43,620 bases of DNA from contig MU054220.1 in assembly GCA_013239625.1 (NCBI GenBank), positions 684,800 to 728,419 of the forward strand, read 5' to 3'. This stretch comes from Lama guanicoe (Eukaryota). This document shows positions 1 to 13,257 of the stretch, piece after piece; the first letter of the stretch is position 1, and each line of letters begins with the position of its first letter. The position numbers and the translations under genes were made by a program. A model generated the notes under the pieces. The model did no database searches. It was not told the origin of the DNA and was given only the letters and a program-made list of their open reading frames with translations.

Positions 1-75
1 GAGGGGAGGCGAGGGGAGGGGAGGGGAGGGGAGGGAAGAGAAAGGAAAGGGAAGGAAAGGAAAAGAAAAAAGAAA
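1..75. repeat. Purine-rich simple repeat (GGGGA)n/(GGAAA)n
   Basis: gaggggaggg... grading into gaaagg/gaaaa units at the window start. Confidence 0.9.
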
Positions 76-959
76 TTGCATACTATAAATGGTTTTGACT
101 AAAAACTTTGCATGATAAAGACATGATGGAGAACATAATTGTCATGGTCTCTGCCCTCAGTGGCTCTTAGTCTACAGGATTTAAGAGTCTGAAGAATGAA
201 AATAAAATGCCTGGTTTCTAGCTCTTATGCAAAAATTTCCTACTTTAAATTCTTCTACTCTTTGGTCACATCAATCAGGATTTACAGGTGTCTGAGATTT
301 AGCCACTGGTGCTAATGCGGCCTTCTTACACAGAACACTCATTCACCTCCTTTGGGTGCCATATCACCAATTTTCATGATTTTACTTATGACTTTTGAAC
401 AAGCTTCTTGGGGCCACTCTGGGATTCTTTATGTTTGTATAATCCTACATATTGTAGTTGGTTCAATTCTCCATTCTCTGTTTTCTTGGGTGATCCCCTC
501 CCCAATCTCCAAATAATTTAAACTAACATTTACAAATCTAATTCTAGAGCATAAATTTCAAACTTTTAAAAGAATCTAGTTATCTATTGAACATTTTCAC
601 TCACATTTCCTATGGCTTCCTGAATTTTAACCTGTCCTCATTATCTTCTTATTAATTCTAAGCTCCTCAACCAGAGGTATCTTTACTCAGGCATCAGAAA
701 TATCATTTTTTAGCATCAATTCTTAGTACTCCCTGGCTTTCAATTTAGAAAAGTACAAAGTAAAGTACGAAGAGAATAAATCATGAAATGAAATAGTCAT
801 TAATACAATTCTCAGTCCTAAATTTCCAAAACATGTAATCCGGCAGGCTTTTTTAATTCTGTGAGTTTCACTTTTCTTTCATATGAAATGTCATTGTTAA
901 TTCCTATCTGGTGGAATATTTATGTGAAATAAAATATATAACTTTTATTAAGGTAGCAA

Positions 960-1741
960 ACATGCAGCCTATTGTAAAAATGTATTCAATAGGTATATGA
1001 TAAAACTATTTCAGTAAAATACATTCCTTAGGAAGTGTATATTCACTAACGTAAGTTAGGTAAACAATTAGATTCCAGTTTGAAAAAAAATATGAGATAT
1101 CAATTCAGTTTGCAAAAATAGCTAAATATTTATGTTAATCAACAAACCATTCTCAATTAGTCTGTAGTTCTGTGGCTGGGGACATGTGTAACCCACAACA
1201 TAGAAACCACTTCCAGGCACCACATTATACTCCCTGAATTGTACTTGCAGATAAATTACAAGAGCTATAGAAGTCTGTCTCCTAGCGCATGGAAGGGCAC
1301 TTTAGGGCCCTGGGTAGGAGTGATCTACTTCCTCTTTACCAATGACATGATTTTTTTCTTCTTCCTATTCTCCACTATCTGCCATCATCCATTTGTATTT
1401 CTTCCTCTATGTCTCTGGTACCTTTGGTCACGAGTTACAAGTCTAAATCCATTTTTCTATCTGATTACTGAGTATCAAGAGGATTAAGTTGCTATATTTA
1501 TACATTAAACAGCCAAATGAAAAGCTGACTTTATTATATCTGAATAATTTTGGCTAGCAAAGGAAAAAACTTTAGAGAATAATATTCTTCAGGATGCTAA
1601 TAACTTACATCATGATGTCTTAAAATATTCCCCCTGGAATGCAGAGGAGAACATGTTTTTTTCAGTGTTCTGTGAGAGGGTTGCAATAAAAAAAAATGGA
1701 TGGGCAGACTTGACACTAATTCAGCCTTCTAATAAGTAAGT
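960..1741 (+). promoter_or_regulatory. Candidate promoter and non-coding exon 1 of OR4C16-like copy 1
   Basis: Aligns by eye with 11935-12735. O/E(EBF)-like TTCCCCCTGGAAT 1628-1640, homeodomain-like CTAATTCAG 1716-1724, splice donor GTAAGT 1736-1741, all shared with copy 2. Confidence 0.55.
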
Positions 1742-3200
1742 GACATATTACTTCAATCTCTAGCTGGAGAGGGTATCTTAACTTTGAACAGAGTATTGTA
1801 TGTCACAGTATAGAACTGTTGCACTTTGTATTCTTCCCAGTGTAATTATAAGAATGTAATTTGCAGTTGGCACACTTCAGAGATTTAATTTGATGGATAA
1901 ATGACTACGTCTCAGAGAAAGTTCAGAGGAAACACGACAGTGAAGAGGCTTACAGCTATAATCAAGGTGAAAAATAACTTCCTTCATACGTGGAAGAGGA
2001 GTTCTGGAAAATATTTTGAGTAAGATTCTTCTTTTCATCAATATTTGTCCCTGTCTGATGTTTCTCCATATATGATCTTATCTACACTTCACACAACTCC
2101 TTCTGTCTATTTAGTAAGATTCTGAATGAGGAATAAGTAGACATTAATTTAATAATAGAGGGCAATCAGATACGGTAAGCATAAGTAGTGGGTCTTAAAT
2201 TTTATGGTGACATTTTGATTCTCAGATCAAGCTGTTTTCTTGGGCATCTCTGGAACAGATAATCAGGAATCATGGGGTTAAGTTACATAGAGCGAGGAGC
2301 TCAAGGAGGGTAGATTATATATTTAATTCTGGCTTTTAATGGAGAAAGTATCTTGGGAAAACTAGTTAACTTTTCCATAAAGAATGGTACATTCTGCAGA
2401 AAAATAAAGTGAGTGTGGAGTCTCTCCCAAAGACCCACATTTAGTGAGACTGACCTGGGCAGGGGTGCATAGTCAGAGAGAGAATCCTTAAAGAAAGCAG
2501 TGCTTCTCCCTGCGCTCTGGTCTGCAGGGCAGTATGGACTTTCAGCACAGAAGGGCCCACTTAATACTCCATGTTCCTCCCTCGACTGTGTTCCATCTTT
2601 GTCTGCCTGCTTTTCTATCAGCTCTTCTCTGTTCCTCCAACACCAAAAGTAGTCTGTTAGTTATGTTTGACAATCTTAGCCTTGTTGAAGTTCGCTAATC
2701 TTTTTTGAAGAGCTGAGGTTAAGACTGTAGTTATCAGAAGATGTGCCTTGCAGGACATTTGGTTCTGCCCAAAACATCCTTAAAGATATTTAGTCCACAC
2801 CAAAAAAGTCCTTGACATTTGAACCAAAGGCAGTCAAATGTGTCCTAAATGCAGAGTGATACACCATGCAAAACGTAAGAAGCAGATTTTATTGAATATG
2901 AAAAAAATTAAATAAATTACAAAACAGAGATGTAACTTTAAACATGCATTTATAAAATTGACAAAATTATCATAATTATGCCCAAGCTAATAAGAGGTAT
3001 TATTTGAAGACTGCTGTTGATAAGTGTCACATTTATAAGTTTATTAAGACTCATAATAACCTACAAAGTAGTCATTAGAAATTGAAGAGCAAAGTGGTAA
3101 AGAAAATTATTATGAAACCACAGCTAGAATGTCCCTGATAAAGTATAATTTTTTTTCTAAAATATTCCATAGCATTACATATCACACCAAAAATTAATGC

Positions 3201-3222
3201 CTTTATTTTTTTTTTTTTACAG
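3201..3222 (+). other. Splice acceptor of the coding exon (copy 1)
   Basis: Long poly-T tract ending TACAG (AG 3221-3222), 43 nt before the ATG; same position in copy 2. Confidence 0.75.
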
Positions 3223-3265
3223 ATAATCTGTTTCACACTCATCCCTCCTCCTCTTTCATGAAATC

Positions 3266-4195
3266 ATGCTGAATAATAACGTGACTGAGTTCATTCTGCT
3301 TGGGTTGACCCAAGATCCTGTCAGGAAGAAAACAGTGTTTGTCACTTTCTTGTTTCTCTATTTGGGAACATTACTGGGGAACCTCCTGATTATTGCTACC
3401 ATCAAGACCAGCCGGGCACTTGGGAGTCCAATGTACTTCTTCCTTTTCCACTTATCTCTATCTGATACCTGCTTCTCTACTTCCATAGCTCCTAGAGTGA
3501 TTGCAGATGCCCTTTTGAAGAACATCACAATCTCTTTCAGTGAGTGCATAGTCCAGGTTTTCTCTTTCCACTCCTTTGGCTGCCTGGAGATCTTCATCCT
3601 TATCCTCATGGCCATTGACCGCTACGTGGCCATCTGTAAGCCTCTGCACTATATGACCATTATGAGTCAACAAGTCTGTGGTGGGTTGGTGGCTGTGGCC
3701 TGGGTAGGGTCCTGTGTGCATTCTTCAACTCAGATTTTTCTGACCTTGAGTTTACCTTTCTGTGGCCCCAATGTGATTGATCACTATTTATGTGACTTGC
3801 AGCCTCTGTTGAAACTTGCCTGCGCTGATACCTATGTGACCAACCTACTCCTGGTGTCCAACAGTGGGGCCATATGCACAGTGAGCTTTGTTGTGCTGAT
3901 GGTCTCCTATGTTGTCATCCTGCATCATCTGAGAAACCACAGTGCTGAAGGGAGGAGAAAAGCCCTCTCCACCTGCATCTCTCACATCATCGTGGTCATC
4001 CTGTTCTTTGGTCCTTGTATATTTATATACACACGCCCTGCTACCACTTTCCCCATGGATAAGATGATAACTGTGTTTTATACACTTGGAACACCTTTGA
4101 TCAACCCTCTGGTTTATACGCTGAGGAATGCAGAAGTGAAAAATGCCATGAGGATGTTATGGAGGAAGAATGTGATCTCAGATGACAAAAGATGA
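3266..4195 (+). CDS. OR4C16: Olfactory receptor 4C16-like, copy 1 (309 aa, intact)
   Basis: OR motifs NVTEFILLGL, PMYFFL, MAIDRYVAICKPLHY, FCGPNVIDH, KALSTC.SH, NPLVYTLRN. The LNNNVTEF..QDP start and ISDDKR end match human OR4C16 as recalled. Confidence 0.92.
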   Translation: MLNNNVTEFILLGLTQDPVRKKTVFVTFLFLYLGTLLGNLLIIATIKTSRALGSPMYFFLFHLSLSDTCFSTSIAPRVIADALLKNITISFSECIVQVFSFHSFGCLEIFILILMAIDRYVAICKPLHYMTIMSQQVCGGLVAVAWVGSCVHSSTQIFLTLSLPFCGPNVIDHYLCDLQPLLKLACADTYVTNLLLVSNSGAICTVSFVVLMVSYVVILHHLRNHSAEGRRKALSTCISHIIVVILFFGPCIFIYTRPATTFPMDKMITVFYTLGTPLINPLVYTLRNAEVKNAMRMLWRKNVISDDKR

Positions 4196-5170
4196 ATGGC
4201 ACTTTCCAATTTTTCGAATAGCCCAGACTGACCTAGTAGTCTCTAGAGAATATAATCTCTTCTTGTGGTGTTAGTATAATCCTGTCATGGGGCATAGTTC
4301 CCTTTAGGAAAATAAGCACTGCAAACACAAACACTGTTCAGTGTTCAGTCAACTTTATGTAGAGGAAAGAAGCACCAGGTATAAACAGGTGTGTAAGGTT
4401 CACCGACTCAGATGGTTTTCACTGCTGTGTCTCTGCTGGTCTTGCCTGCCTAGTGTCACTGGGGCTTTGACCCAGCAATTTTTTCCGCCCTTTTCTGTGA
4501 TGACTTCTGGTGTTCTCTGTCTAGAGACTGGTTTATATGCTTATATACAAATGTTGGCAGGCCACCTCTTTCAACTCCTTCCTTTGTTAGACACTTTGTC
4601 TCTTCATGTCTGACCATGGGCCTTTAACTGAGTAGAGCTTTCTGGTCAAGAGACAGCATCAGATTCAAATAATTATAGAACCATCGTGTTGTCAGGAGCG
4701 ATACATAATCTAGGTTATCCTCCTTACTTTCTTGAGCTTTACTCCAAATTCTTACTATGTGTTAACCTAGATTCTTCTAAAACAGTGATAAAACAATGAG
4801 AAAATTTGACCTTCTGAGATAGGTCTTTGAACTTAAAAGGTCTGGTGTTTTGGTTTATGGTCATAATAGTATTCTTTTTGTAAAATCTACTTTGTGTTAC
4901 TAATTAGTTTCCTCCTAATTCGGGGGCTGGTGTTAAACTTTCTTGAATTGTGCCAATTGTCGTTATATATTCATAATACTGGGTTATTATAATTGTAGCA
5001 TAGATGGGGCAAATTAAGGAATATATATTTATGTGAGCTAGAATGGAGAGGAGACAGTGCATGTTATTATATTTTAAAATATTAATAGTATAAAACAATA
5101 AATGAGACAATACAAAGGAGAATTTTTAAATTTTGAAACAGCAATATTTACATGGATTATGAATTTACTC

Positions 5171-5560
5171 TCTGGAAAAGACAAAACTGGAAACAGTAAA
5201 AATAATCAGTGGTCATGAGGGTTTTAAGCAGCTGAGTAACAGAATGCATAGGTTGTGCATGGGGCATTTTTAAGGAGGGAAAACTATTCTGTTTGATACT
5301 CTAATGGCAGATACATGACTTACAGGGTATGTCAAAACTGATAATACTGCTTTACAACACAAGGAGCAAACCTACTGTAAACAATGGGCTTTAGTAAAAA
5401 TTGATTAATATTGGTTTATCAATTGTGGCAAATATATGATATTAATGTAAGATGTCAGTGAACAGTAAAACTGTGAAAGGAACAGAGGGTTTATATGGGA
5501 GCTTCCTGTACTTTTTGCATAATTTTTTGTAAACCTAAAACTATTCTAAAAAATAGGCTA
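5171..5560 (+). mobile_element. L1MC (L1MC2-like) 3' UTR fragment
   Basis: tctggaaaagacaaaactgg...aaactattctgtttgatact...tgtaaacctaaaactattctaaaaaat, typical L1MC 3' end. Confidence 0.75.
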
Positions 5561-6419
5561 TCAAAAAGTTATATCCACAAGAGGGAGCTCAATTTCTCAT
5601 TACCACCTTTAAAAATGTTTCATTCGAATTTTATATAAATTCATGATATAAGGATATATTTTATTAAACCACATATTTATATACTCAAATATTCTACAGT
5701 TTACCGTAGTATGTTATACAAATATCATTAATGAATATGCATATTACATTACCTTTGTGCAAATAGTTTTTAAAAAGAAATTTGAATTATTACTATAACA
5801 TGGTGAAGATTAATTATATTGTTAATTATTAATTAATTTTATATTATGAAAAATTTGCATTAAAAGGTTTTAGCTTTATTCCACATGACAGTCTTCACTA
5901 CTTTTGTATTTACATATTGAAAAAGTGCGTTTCTCTTATTATTTCCTCTTAACTTCCTCTCTTTTTAAGCATACCATCTTCATGGACCTTTTAATGTTTA
6001 TAACCACAGAAGAGGATATAATTTTTGTAGTAGGAGTTTAAGTAGTTTAAGTCTTCTAATAATAATAAAAGAAGTTTGGGTTTTACTATTAATATATCTT
6101 ATACAGATTTACCTCAGGTTCTGAAAGAAAGTAAATGTAAAATATGCACTTTTAAAGACCCAGGATGGATTTTCTGTGCTAAAAAATGGCTGAGAAAGCT
6201 AGTGTCAAAAGTTAAACATACCAGAAAAAAAGTATACAAAACACAGATGAACTGGATAATATTACCCACCCTCTCTTTACTACGCCCCTAATTCTCATAG
6301 TTGAAAATATGGTAGTGAAGTACATAAACAGTATCTATGGTCCTATAGAGTTTACAATGTTGTGAAGATGCATAACAAAAGCTGGACAAATGGCGACTAT
6401 ACCAATGGTTTAAAAAATG

Positions 6420-7160
6420 ATGGGAGCTAACATAGAGGAAGACTGTGATGGTGGCAAACCTAAGGGGATAGAAGTGCACTATTTCAAACAGAATGGTCAG
6501 GGAAAGCCCATATGACTTTTCAACTAAGACCAAAATTAGTGGTTCTCACCATGGGAAATTTCACACCAGAGGAGACAGTGGCAAAGTCTAGATACACTGT
6601 TGGTTGTCGTAGACACGGGGTATAGTGGGCACTGCTTATTAACATCTGGTGGGTAGAGGTCTGGGCTGCTGCGAAACAACTTACAATGCACAAGGCAGGA
6701 CATCACCAAGAATAACTGTCTACCTGACTCAAAATTTAAGTAGTGCTGAGATAAGGAGTTTTGACCAATATGAAAATATCTTGAATATATTTAGGCAGAA
6801 AAACCATTCTAGGTAGATGGACCAGCAAGTGCAAATAGAATATGTTTATTTAGTAGAAAAAAAAATCAAGAAGCCCCGTGTGGTCAAAGGAGGAAATAAG
6901 AGTGAGTAATTGAAAATGAGACCTGAAATATAAGAGAATCTCAGTAAAAAGTACTAATGGGATTTTTCTGGGAAAAAATGGGAAAACATTTGAGGTATAT
7001 CTGACATGATTTGACTTATGGTCTAACAGGATTACTTTGACTGCTTTTTTGAACATCAAGAGTAGAAATGGGGATATTCATTATGAAGATACTATAAAAA
7101 CCTGAAACAAGATTATGGTAACCTGGACCAGGTGTGCATGGTGAGAAAAATTCTGCTTGT
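6420..7160 (-). mobile_element. L2 fragment interrupted by MER20
   Basis: gaatggtcagggaaagcc...ccattctaggtagatggaccagcaagtgcaaa...ggattactttgactgct resemble antisense L2. Confidence 0.55.
6537..6762 (+). mobile_element. MER20 (hAT-Charlie DNA transposon)
   Basis: agtggttctca...ggcaaagtctag...ttggttgtc...catctggtgggtagaggtctgggctgctgcgaaacaacttacaatgcac...agtagtgctgag, collinear with the MER20 consensus. Confidence 0.85.
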
Positions 7161-7169
7161 GGATACAGT

Positions 7170-7710
7170 TTTTACTATTTTTACTGTTGATGGGAATATA
7201 AAATGATCCATCCACATGGGATAAATTTCCAACTATTTTAAAATTAAACATATACTTAAGCATACATCCATTCTTAGCTATTTATCCAGAAGCTTGAAAT
7301 AACCCAAGTGTATATGAATAAAAAGAAGGATAAATTGTGGTTTATAAATGCAATTAAACCTTCCTTATCAATAAAAAGAATGAACTACTAATATATACAT
7401 CAGCAATGATAATTCCAAAAATATTTTTTTCTGGGTGAAAAAAGCTTTCATGAAAGAATAACTTTTTTATGGTTTCATATATCTTAAGGTCTGCAATGAG
7501 CAAACATAATCAGTGATGGAAAATAAATCAATGCAGTGGTTCATACAGGAGCGAGGTAGTGGGGATTATCTAGGAGTCAGCATGAGAGAGATGTCTAGGG
7601 TCATGGAAATTTCTATATCTTGATAGTAAGAGGTTGAACACCTGATTTTTTGTAAATTTTGTTGAATATTTGATAATTTTCATTATAAAATGTGAAAAAT
7701 AAATTTCTTG
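7170..7710 (+). mobile_element. Old L1M (L1MD/L1ME-like) 3' UTR fragment
   Basis: ggataaattgtgg...ataaaaagaatgaactactaatatatac...catgagagag...catggaaatttctatatcttgatag. Confidence 0.65.
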
Positions 7711-8789
7711 AGCATTCTGTGGCACCTATCACCTTTTTTTTTTCAGTTTAGTCTAGTTTTGTTTCGTTTCTGGCAGAAAAAAGTGGCCTTTTTATTGTGT
7801 TTTCTTACAGGATTTTTTGTATATTTTCCTGAAAAACAATTTCTATTCTGTTTCTTTTTTAAAATATCAATATACTCATTTTCCAAAATTATTACATACT
7901 CTATGGAACATTACTTTAATAGACATATAACATTACACTATACAGATCACAGCAGTATTTTAGTCATTCCTGTACCATTTGAATTTAAAGTTGTGTTTAT
8001 TTTTCACTTCAGTGAACATCCTTGTGAAAAAGGATTCTGTTCCATGTTTATGATCTTTTGGATGGCAATACTCCAATCAACTGTATTCAGCAGAGCCTGA
8101 GGCTCATAGATATTAACAATGATTCTTTTCATAGTCTTTGTTTTAGACTCAATAACTCTCTGATATGTTACACTGAATGGTCAACATATGCCTTGCCCTT
8201 TCACCCAGACTGAAACTTGGGATACTAAGATGGCAAGGTTGACCTGTACAGATGTGAAACAATTGGAAAAGTCAAGTTCCAAGTAAGAAGCCAGGTCTGC
8301 CCTTACTAATTATGGACTGTCACTAAGGGAACTTGTTGCCTAGGTGCCAAAGGTAACTAGAAAGGTAGAGTTAGACCAAATTGTGAATTTCAAGGGAGAA
8401 GAAAGAGAAAAAGAATTAAAGAGAAAGTTTTGTTCAAGAGAGTAAGAAAGCAAATGTGGATTCAAGAGGTAAAAGTCTCAAAAAAAAATCATCAGGTGTT
8501 TGAAAATGAACCAGTGGCACAGAAAGTATTGGTAATGATGCTGAGATAGTTTGAACATTCTGTACTTAAGGTTTTGGTTTTTTTTTTTAGTATTTTCCCA
8601 TCTCCTTTAAGTTTATTTCTTCAAGTTTCAATTCTGATATCATTACTTACAGCAGCTAGTACATTTTAGTTTCCTTCCTTCTCATTAGACTCAGCACAAC
8701 AATGTAAATCATACCCAGGGGGGATGTCCCCATCACTGCAATAAAATAACTCAAGCCTAAATTATCCTTAATATCAACAGTTGCATTAT

Positions 8790-11700
8790 ATGCAATATTA
8801 TCCAATATTTACAATAAATGTAACTGTAAATGTAGGCATTCTAAATAAAGATGGATATTGTCAGAATGGATTAAAAACATGATAAACTCTACCTACAAGA
8901 AATTCACCTGAAATATAACTGATTATGCTAATATAAAGTAGGAGGATAGAAAATATATCATGGAAACATTAACAAAAAGAAATTAGGAATGGCCTTATTA
9001 TTAACAGCAATTATCAGGAAAAAAAAAACCAGAAACAGAGAGAAATACTACATAATGACAAGAGTCTGTCCATCCAGAAGACATAGCAATCATAACTGCT
9101 TGCACCAAAAAATATACTTCAAAATTTGAAAACCAAAAAATCAGGGAATTGAAAACATAGACAAATCAAAACCCCTTTCTTAAAAAAAAATGGAAAAGAC
9201 AAAAATCAGCAAGGTTATAGAAGAAATCAACATCAACATCTACCAACTGAGACTTAGAGAACACTCTGTATAATAATAGCAATATACCTTTTTATCAAGT
9301 GCCTTCATGTATATGTATGATCAACCATATGGCCAACCACAATATTTGTTGATTGAGTTAAATGAATCAAAATAACACAGAGTGTGTTCTCCAAACACAA
9401 TGTCATAAAATGATATATAAACAGTGAAACTGAGAGTTGATTCTTTGAAAAGACAGACGAATCAACAGATCCTTAAAGAGATTAACAAATTTAAAAAGAA
9501 GAATCAAATCAGATGAAAAATTAAAGGAAGAGGAGACACTACAGCCAATGCTACAGAGATTAAAAAAAAAAGATCATGAGTCTATTGTGAACAACTACTC
9601 ACCAACAAATAAATAATTTAGAAGAAATGAATAAATCTCTCAACTATGCAACCTACCAAGACTAACTAAAGAAGAAATAAGAAGACTGAACAAAACAGTT
9701 AACAAACAGGAAATTGAATTTGTGAATCAACTGAATTTGTGAATTAGTGAATCAAAACCCTTTTAACAGAGAGATGCCGAGGACTAGACAGATTCACAGG
9801 TGAATTCTACCAAGCATTTCAAGAAGAATTAATACAAATCCTTCTTTAACTCTTCCAAAAACAGAGTAAACAATTGCAAACTTTTCTTTATGAAGCCAGT
9901 ATCACCCTGTTTCCAAAAGCAGACAAAAGTATCATAAGAAAGGAAAATTATAGACCAATATCCTTGGTGAAAATAGGTGCAAAATCCTAAACAAGACACT
10001 AGCAAGCTGAAAGACACAGCACACTGAGAGTATCATGCACCATGGCCAAGTGGAACTAATCCCTGGAATGTAAGATTGGCTCATCACAGGCAAATTAATT
10101 AGTGTGATATAGCACGTTAACAGAATAGAAGTTAAAGACCTCATTATCATCTAAACAGATAACAGCAAAAATAATTGATACAATTCAACATTAATTTTAT
10201 GATAACAATTCTTAACAAAATAGGAATAGTAAGAACTGAACTTGCTACAGTGAAGGTCATAAATTAAAAGCCCATAGCTCACAACATACTCAATGGTGAA
10301 AAACTAAAAGCTTTTTTTCCAAGATCAGGAATAAGGCCAAGGTTCCCATGTTCACTCCTTCCATTCAATATAATACTAGAAGTCCAAACTAGAGCAATCA
10401 GGCAAGAAATAAAAGGCTTCCAAACCACCAAAGTAGAAAACATTACACCTGTTTACAGATGGCATGTTCTCATACATAGAAAACCCAAAACACTCTACAA
10501 GAAATAATTATTGGAACTAGTAAAGAATACAGCAATTTGTATATTTAAAATCAATATAAAAATTAACTGCTTTGCTATGCACTGACAACAAATTTTCTGA
10601 AAATGAGGTTAAGAAAACAATCCCATTACAATAGCGTGGAAATAATACTTAACACATACACCCGTCAAACAAGGTAAAATGTTATTATTACACTGAAAAC
10701 AGCAAATCATTAATGAAATAAAGAAGACAAAATAAATAGGCACATTGTGTTCATACGTTGGAAGACTCAATATTGTTAAAATGCCTGTACTAACCAAATT
10801 CATCTGCAGAGTTAATGCACTTCCTATCAACATTCCAATGACATTATTCATAGAAATAAAAACAATCCTAAAAATCATATGAAACCACAAATGTCCCCAA
10901 TTGGCCAAAGCTGTATTGAGGAAAAAAATAAAGATGGAGGTATCATGTTTCCTGATTTCAAAACATATTTAAAAGCTACAATAATTAAAGCAGTATGATA
11001 GAGACATAAAAACAAGTGTACAAACCAATGGCACAGAATAGGGACCCAGAAAACCCAAGTATACACCATGAACAGCTCTTTGACAAGTAAGCTAAGAATA
11101 CACAGTGGGGAAAGGAGAATCTCTTTAACAAATACACTGAGAAACTGGATAAGGAAATCATATGAAAGAAATTGTACCCTTATGTTACACCATATACAAA
11201 ATCAATTCAAAATGGATTAAAGACTCCAATGTAGGAACTGGAACCATAAAACTCCTTGAGGAAAACAGAGGTGAAAACCTTCATGACATGAGGCTTGGCA
11301 ATAATTTCTGGAAAAGATGCAAAAGCAAAAGCAACTAAGTCAAATTTAGGCAAGTGAGGCATTACTAACCATCGTAAAGAAAACCATAAGCATGGTGGAA
11401 AATCAACCTACAGAATGGTAGACACTATAAATCACATACAAAATAACAGATTAAAATTGAAAATATACCCAAAAAATCCTACAATTCAACAGCAAAGAAT
11501 TAACAAATGCATTAATAAATGAACAGAGAACTTGAATAGACTATTCTCCAAAGAAGACACAAAAAACTGCCAACTGGTATGTGAACACATGGTCAACATA
11601 ATTAATTGTCAGGGAAATGCAATCCAAACTGCAAAGAAATATCACCTCACTTGGAGTAGCATGGATGTATCAAAAAAACAAAGATCAAGTGTTGACACAC

Positions 11701-11935
11701 ATGTCAAAAAACCAGAACCCTTGTCCACTGCTGGTGGCAATGTAAAATAATACAACATTAAGAAAAACAGTATGGTGTTTCCTCAAAAAGTTGAAACATA
11801 GTATTAGCATATGATTCAACTTTCCATTTCTGGGTCTATATACACAAATGCATTGATATTAAGAGTGCCAAGAGTTAGCTATACTCTTATCTTTATTGTA
11901 GCATTATTCACAATAGTCAGCATATGAAAACAACA
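8790..11935 (+). mobile_element. Decayed L1 ORF2 (EN, RT) running into a truncated L1MA-type 3' UTR
   Basis: A-rich strand; endonuclease remnants (ggaatggccttattatt, ttctccaaacacaatg); RT remnants ggtgaattctaccaa, tatagaccaatatccttg, gtttacagatggcatg (FADDM-like, ~10451); many stops and frameshifts; no poly(A). May be two abutting L1 pieces. Confidence 0.9.
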
Positions 11936-12735
11936 CAAGGCTTATTTTATGAAAGCTAGTCAATAAATATTTGATGAAAACAATTATTTCAGTAAGTTAT
12001 TTCCTTTAATATGTCTTTTTACTAACATAAATTAACAAACAAAAATAAATTTGAAAAATATAAGATATATATTCAGTTTACAAAAATAGTTTGATATACA
12101 TATTAATCATCAGACCAGCTGCTATTCATCTGTGGTTCCTTGGTGGGGAATGTCTCTGGTTTTAGGCACCATAGTGCTATCTCTGGATTGTACCTGCACA
12201 AAAAAATTGGAACTAGGAAAAAAAAATAAATAAAGGCTAGAAGAGTTTGTTTCCTAATGCAGGGGTGCGTAACTTAGGGCCCTGGGTGGGAACATAATAG
12301 TTTCTTGGCGATCTACTTTCTCCTCTACGGGTGATGTAATTTCTTCTTCTTCCTATTCACCTCTCTCACTTTTTCCTTTTTCCCTGATACTTTTTTTTTT
12401 TCAGACAGAGGAAAATAGTAACTACTGTAATAGTAATTACAAACACAATCTTTGTATCTGGTTCCTGAGTATGAGGTGGATTAACTTGCTATTCTTACAG
12501 CCTAACTAGACAAACAGAAGTTGAGTTGATTACATCTGGGATGAACCTGACCAAGGAGAAACTTTGGGGAATCAACTCTCTAGGATACTAGTATCTTACA
12601 TCATTAAGTCTTAAAATATTCCCCTTGGAATGCAAAAAAGGAATGTATTTTTTCCCCAGTGTTCTGTATGAAAGCTGGTAACAAAAAAGGATAGGCAGAT
12701 TTGATGCTAATTCAGAGAGTCTTCTGACAGTAAGT
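11935..12735 (+). promoter_or_regulatory. Candidate promoter and non-coding exon 1 of OR4C16-like copy 2
   Basis: Paralogous to 960-1741. TTCCCCTTGGAAT 12619-12631, CTAATTCAG 12707-12715, donor GTAAGT 12730-12735. Confidence 0.55.
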
Positions 12736-13143
12736 AATAGATTATTTTCATCTTTATAATTTTTTTATTTTGGCTATATGAAATTGGGGCATGTTTGTCT
12801 ATTTACCATGCACTATAGATAGGCGATCCCAGTAAATTAATGATACTAATGTGGATTATAGTCAGCATAATGCTAAAACAATGAGGTAAATATTACCTTT
12901 TATGGGGTTATAGAAAATATTCAATTTAAAAGATTTTACTGAGCATCTGCACTGTACAAGGCATTGGGTTGGAACTGTGGAGAATAACATCTGAATAGCA
13001 CATAGTTTTCTGACATACTTATTCCAAAAAAGTAGCTAAAATAAGCATACACATTCTTGTTACAAGCAACAATACAGACAACTATAAGAAAAGTTACAGA
13101 GAAAGACTTTAGAAAGCAGAGATGTGAATTTAATTTCTCATAG

Positions 13144-13257
13144 GCAATCACTGAAAGCCGTCCAGAGGACATTTCTCAGAAGTGTGGTTCTCCATTTCCC
13201 GGAAGGTTGAATCAACTAGATATGGAAAGGCATTTCAGGAAGAAAGAAGAGGGCAAG
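13144..13257 (+). other. Candidate internal 5' UTR exon of copy 2
   Basis: Acceptor aatttctcatAG (13142-13143) and perfect donor CAAG|GTAAGT (GT 13258-13259). Confidence 0.35.

Noticed and set aside
2230..2800. Possible old antisense ERVL LTR in the copy 1 intron (also LTR-like 25430-25790)
   Set aside because: Too degraded to assign a family or boundaries by eye.
3358..3721. Antisense/alternate-frame ORFs over the OR genes (also 15605-16073, 36305-37335)
   Set aside because: Shadow ORFs of OR coding sequence; their similarity between copies simply reflects the OR paralogy.
7708..8100. 130-aa Phe-rich ORF and many similar 60-100 aa ORFs
   Set aside because: Chance ORFs in T-rich or antisense L1 sequence; many have non-ATG starts.
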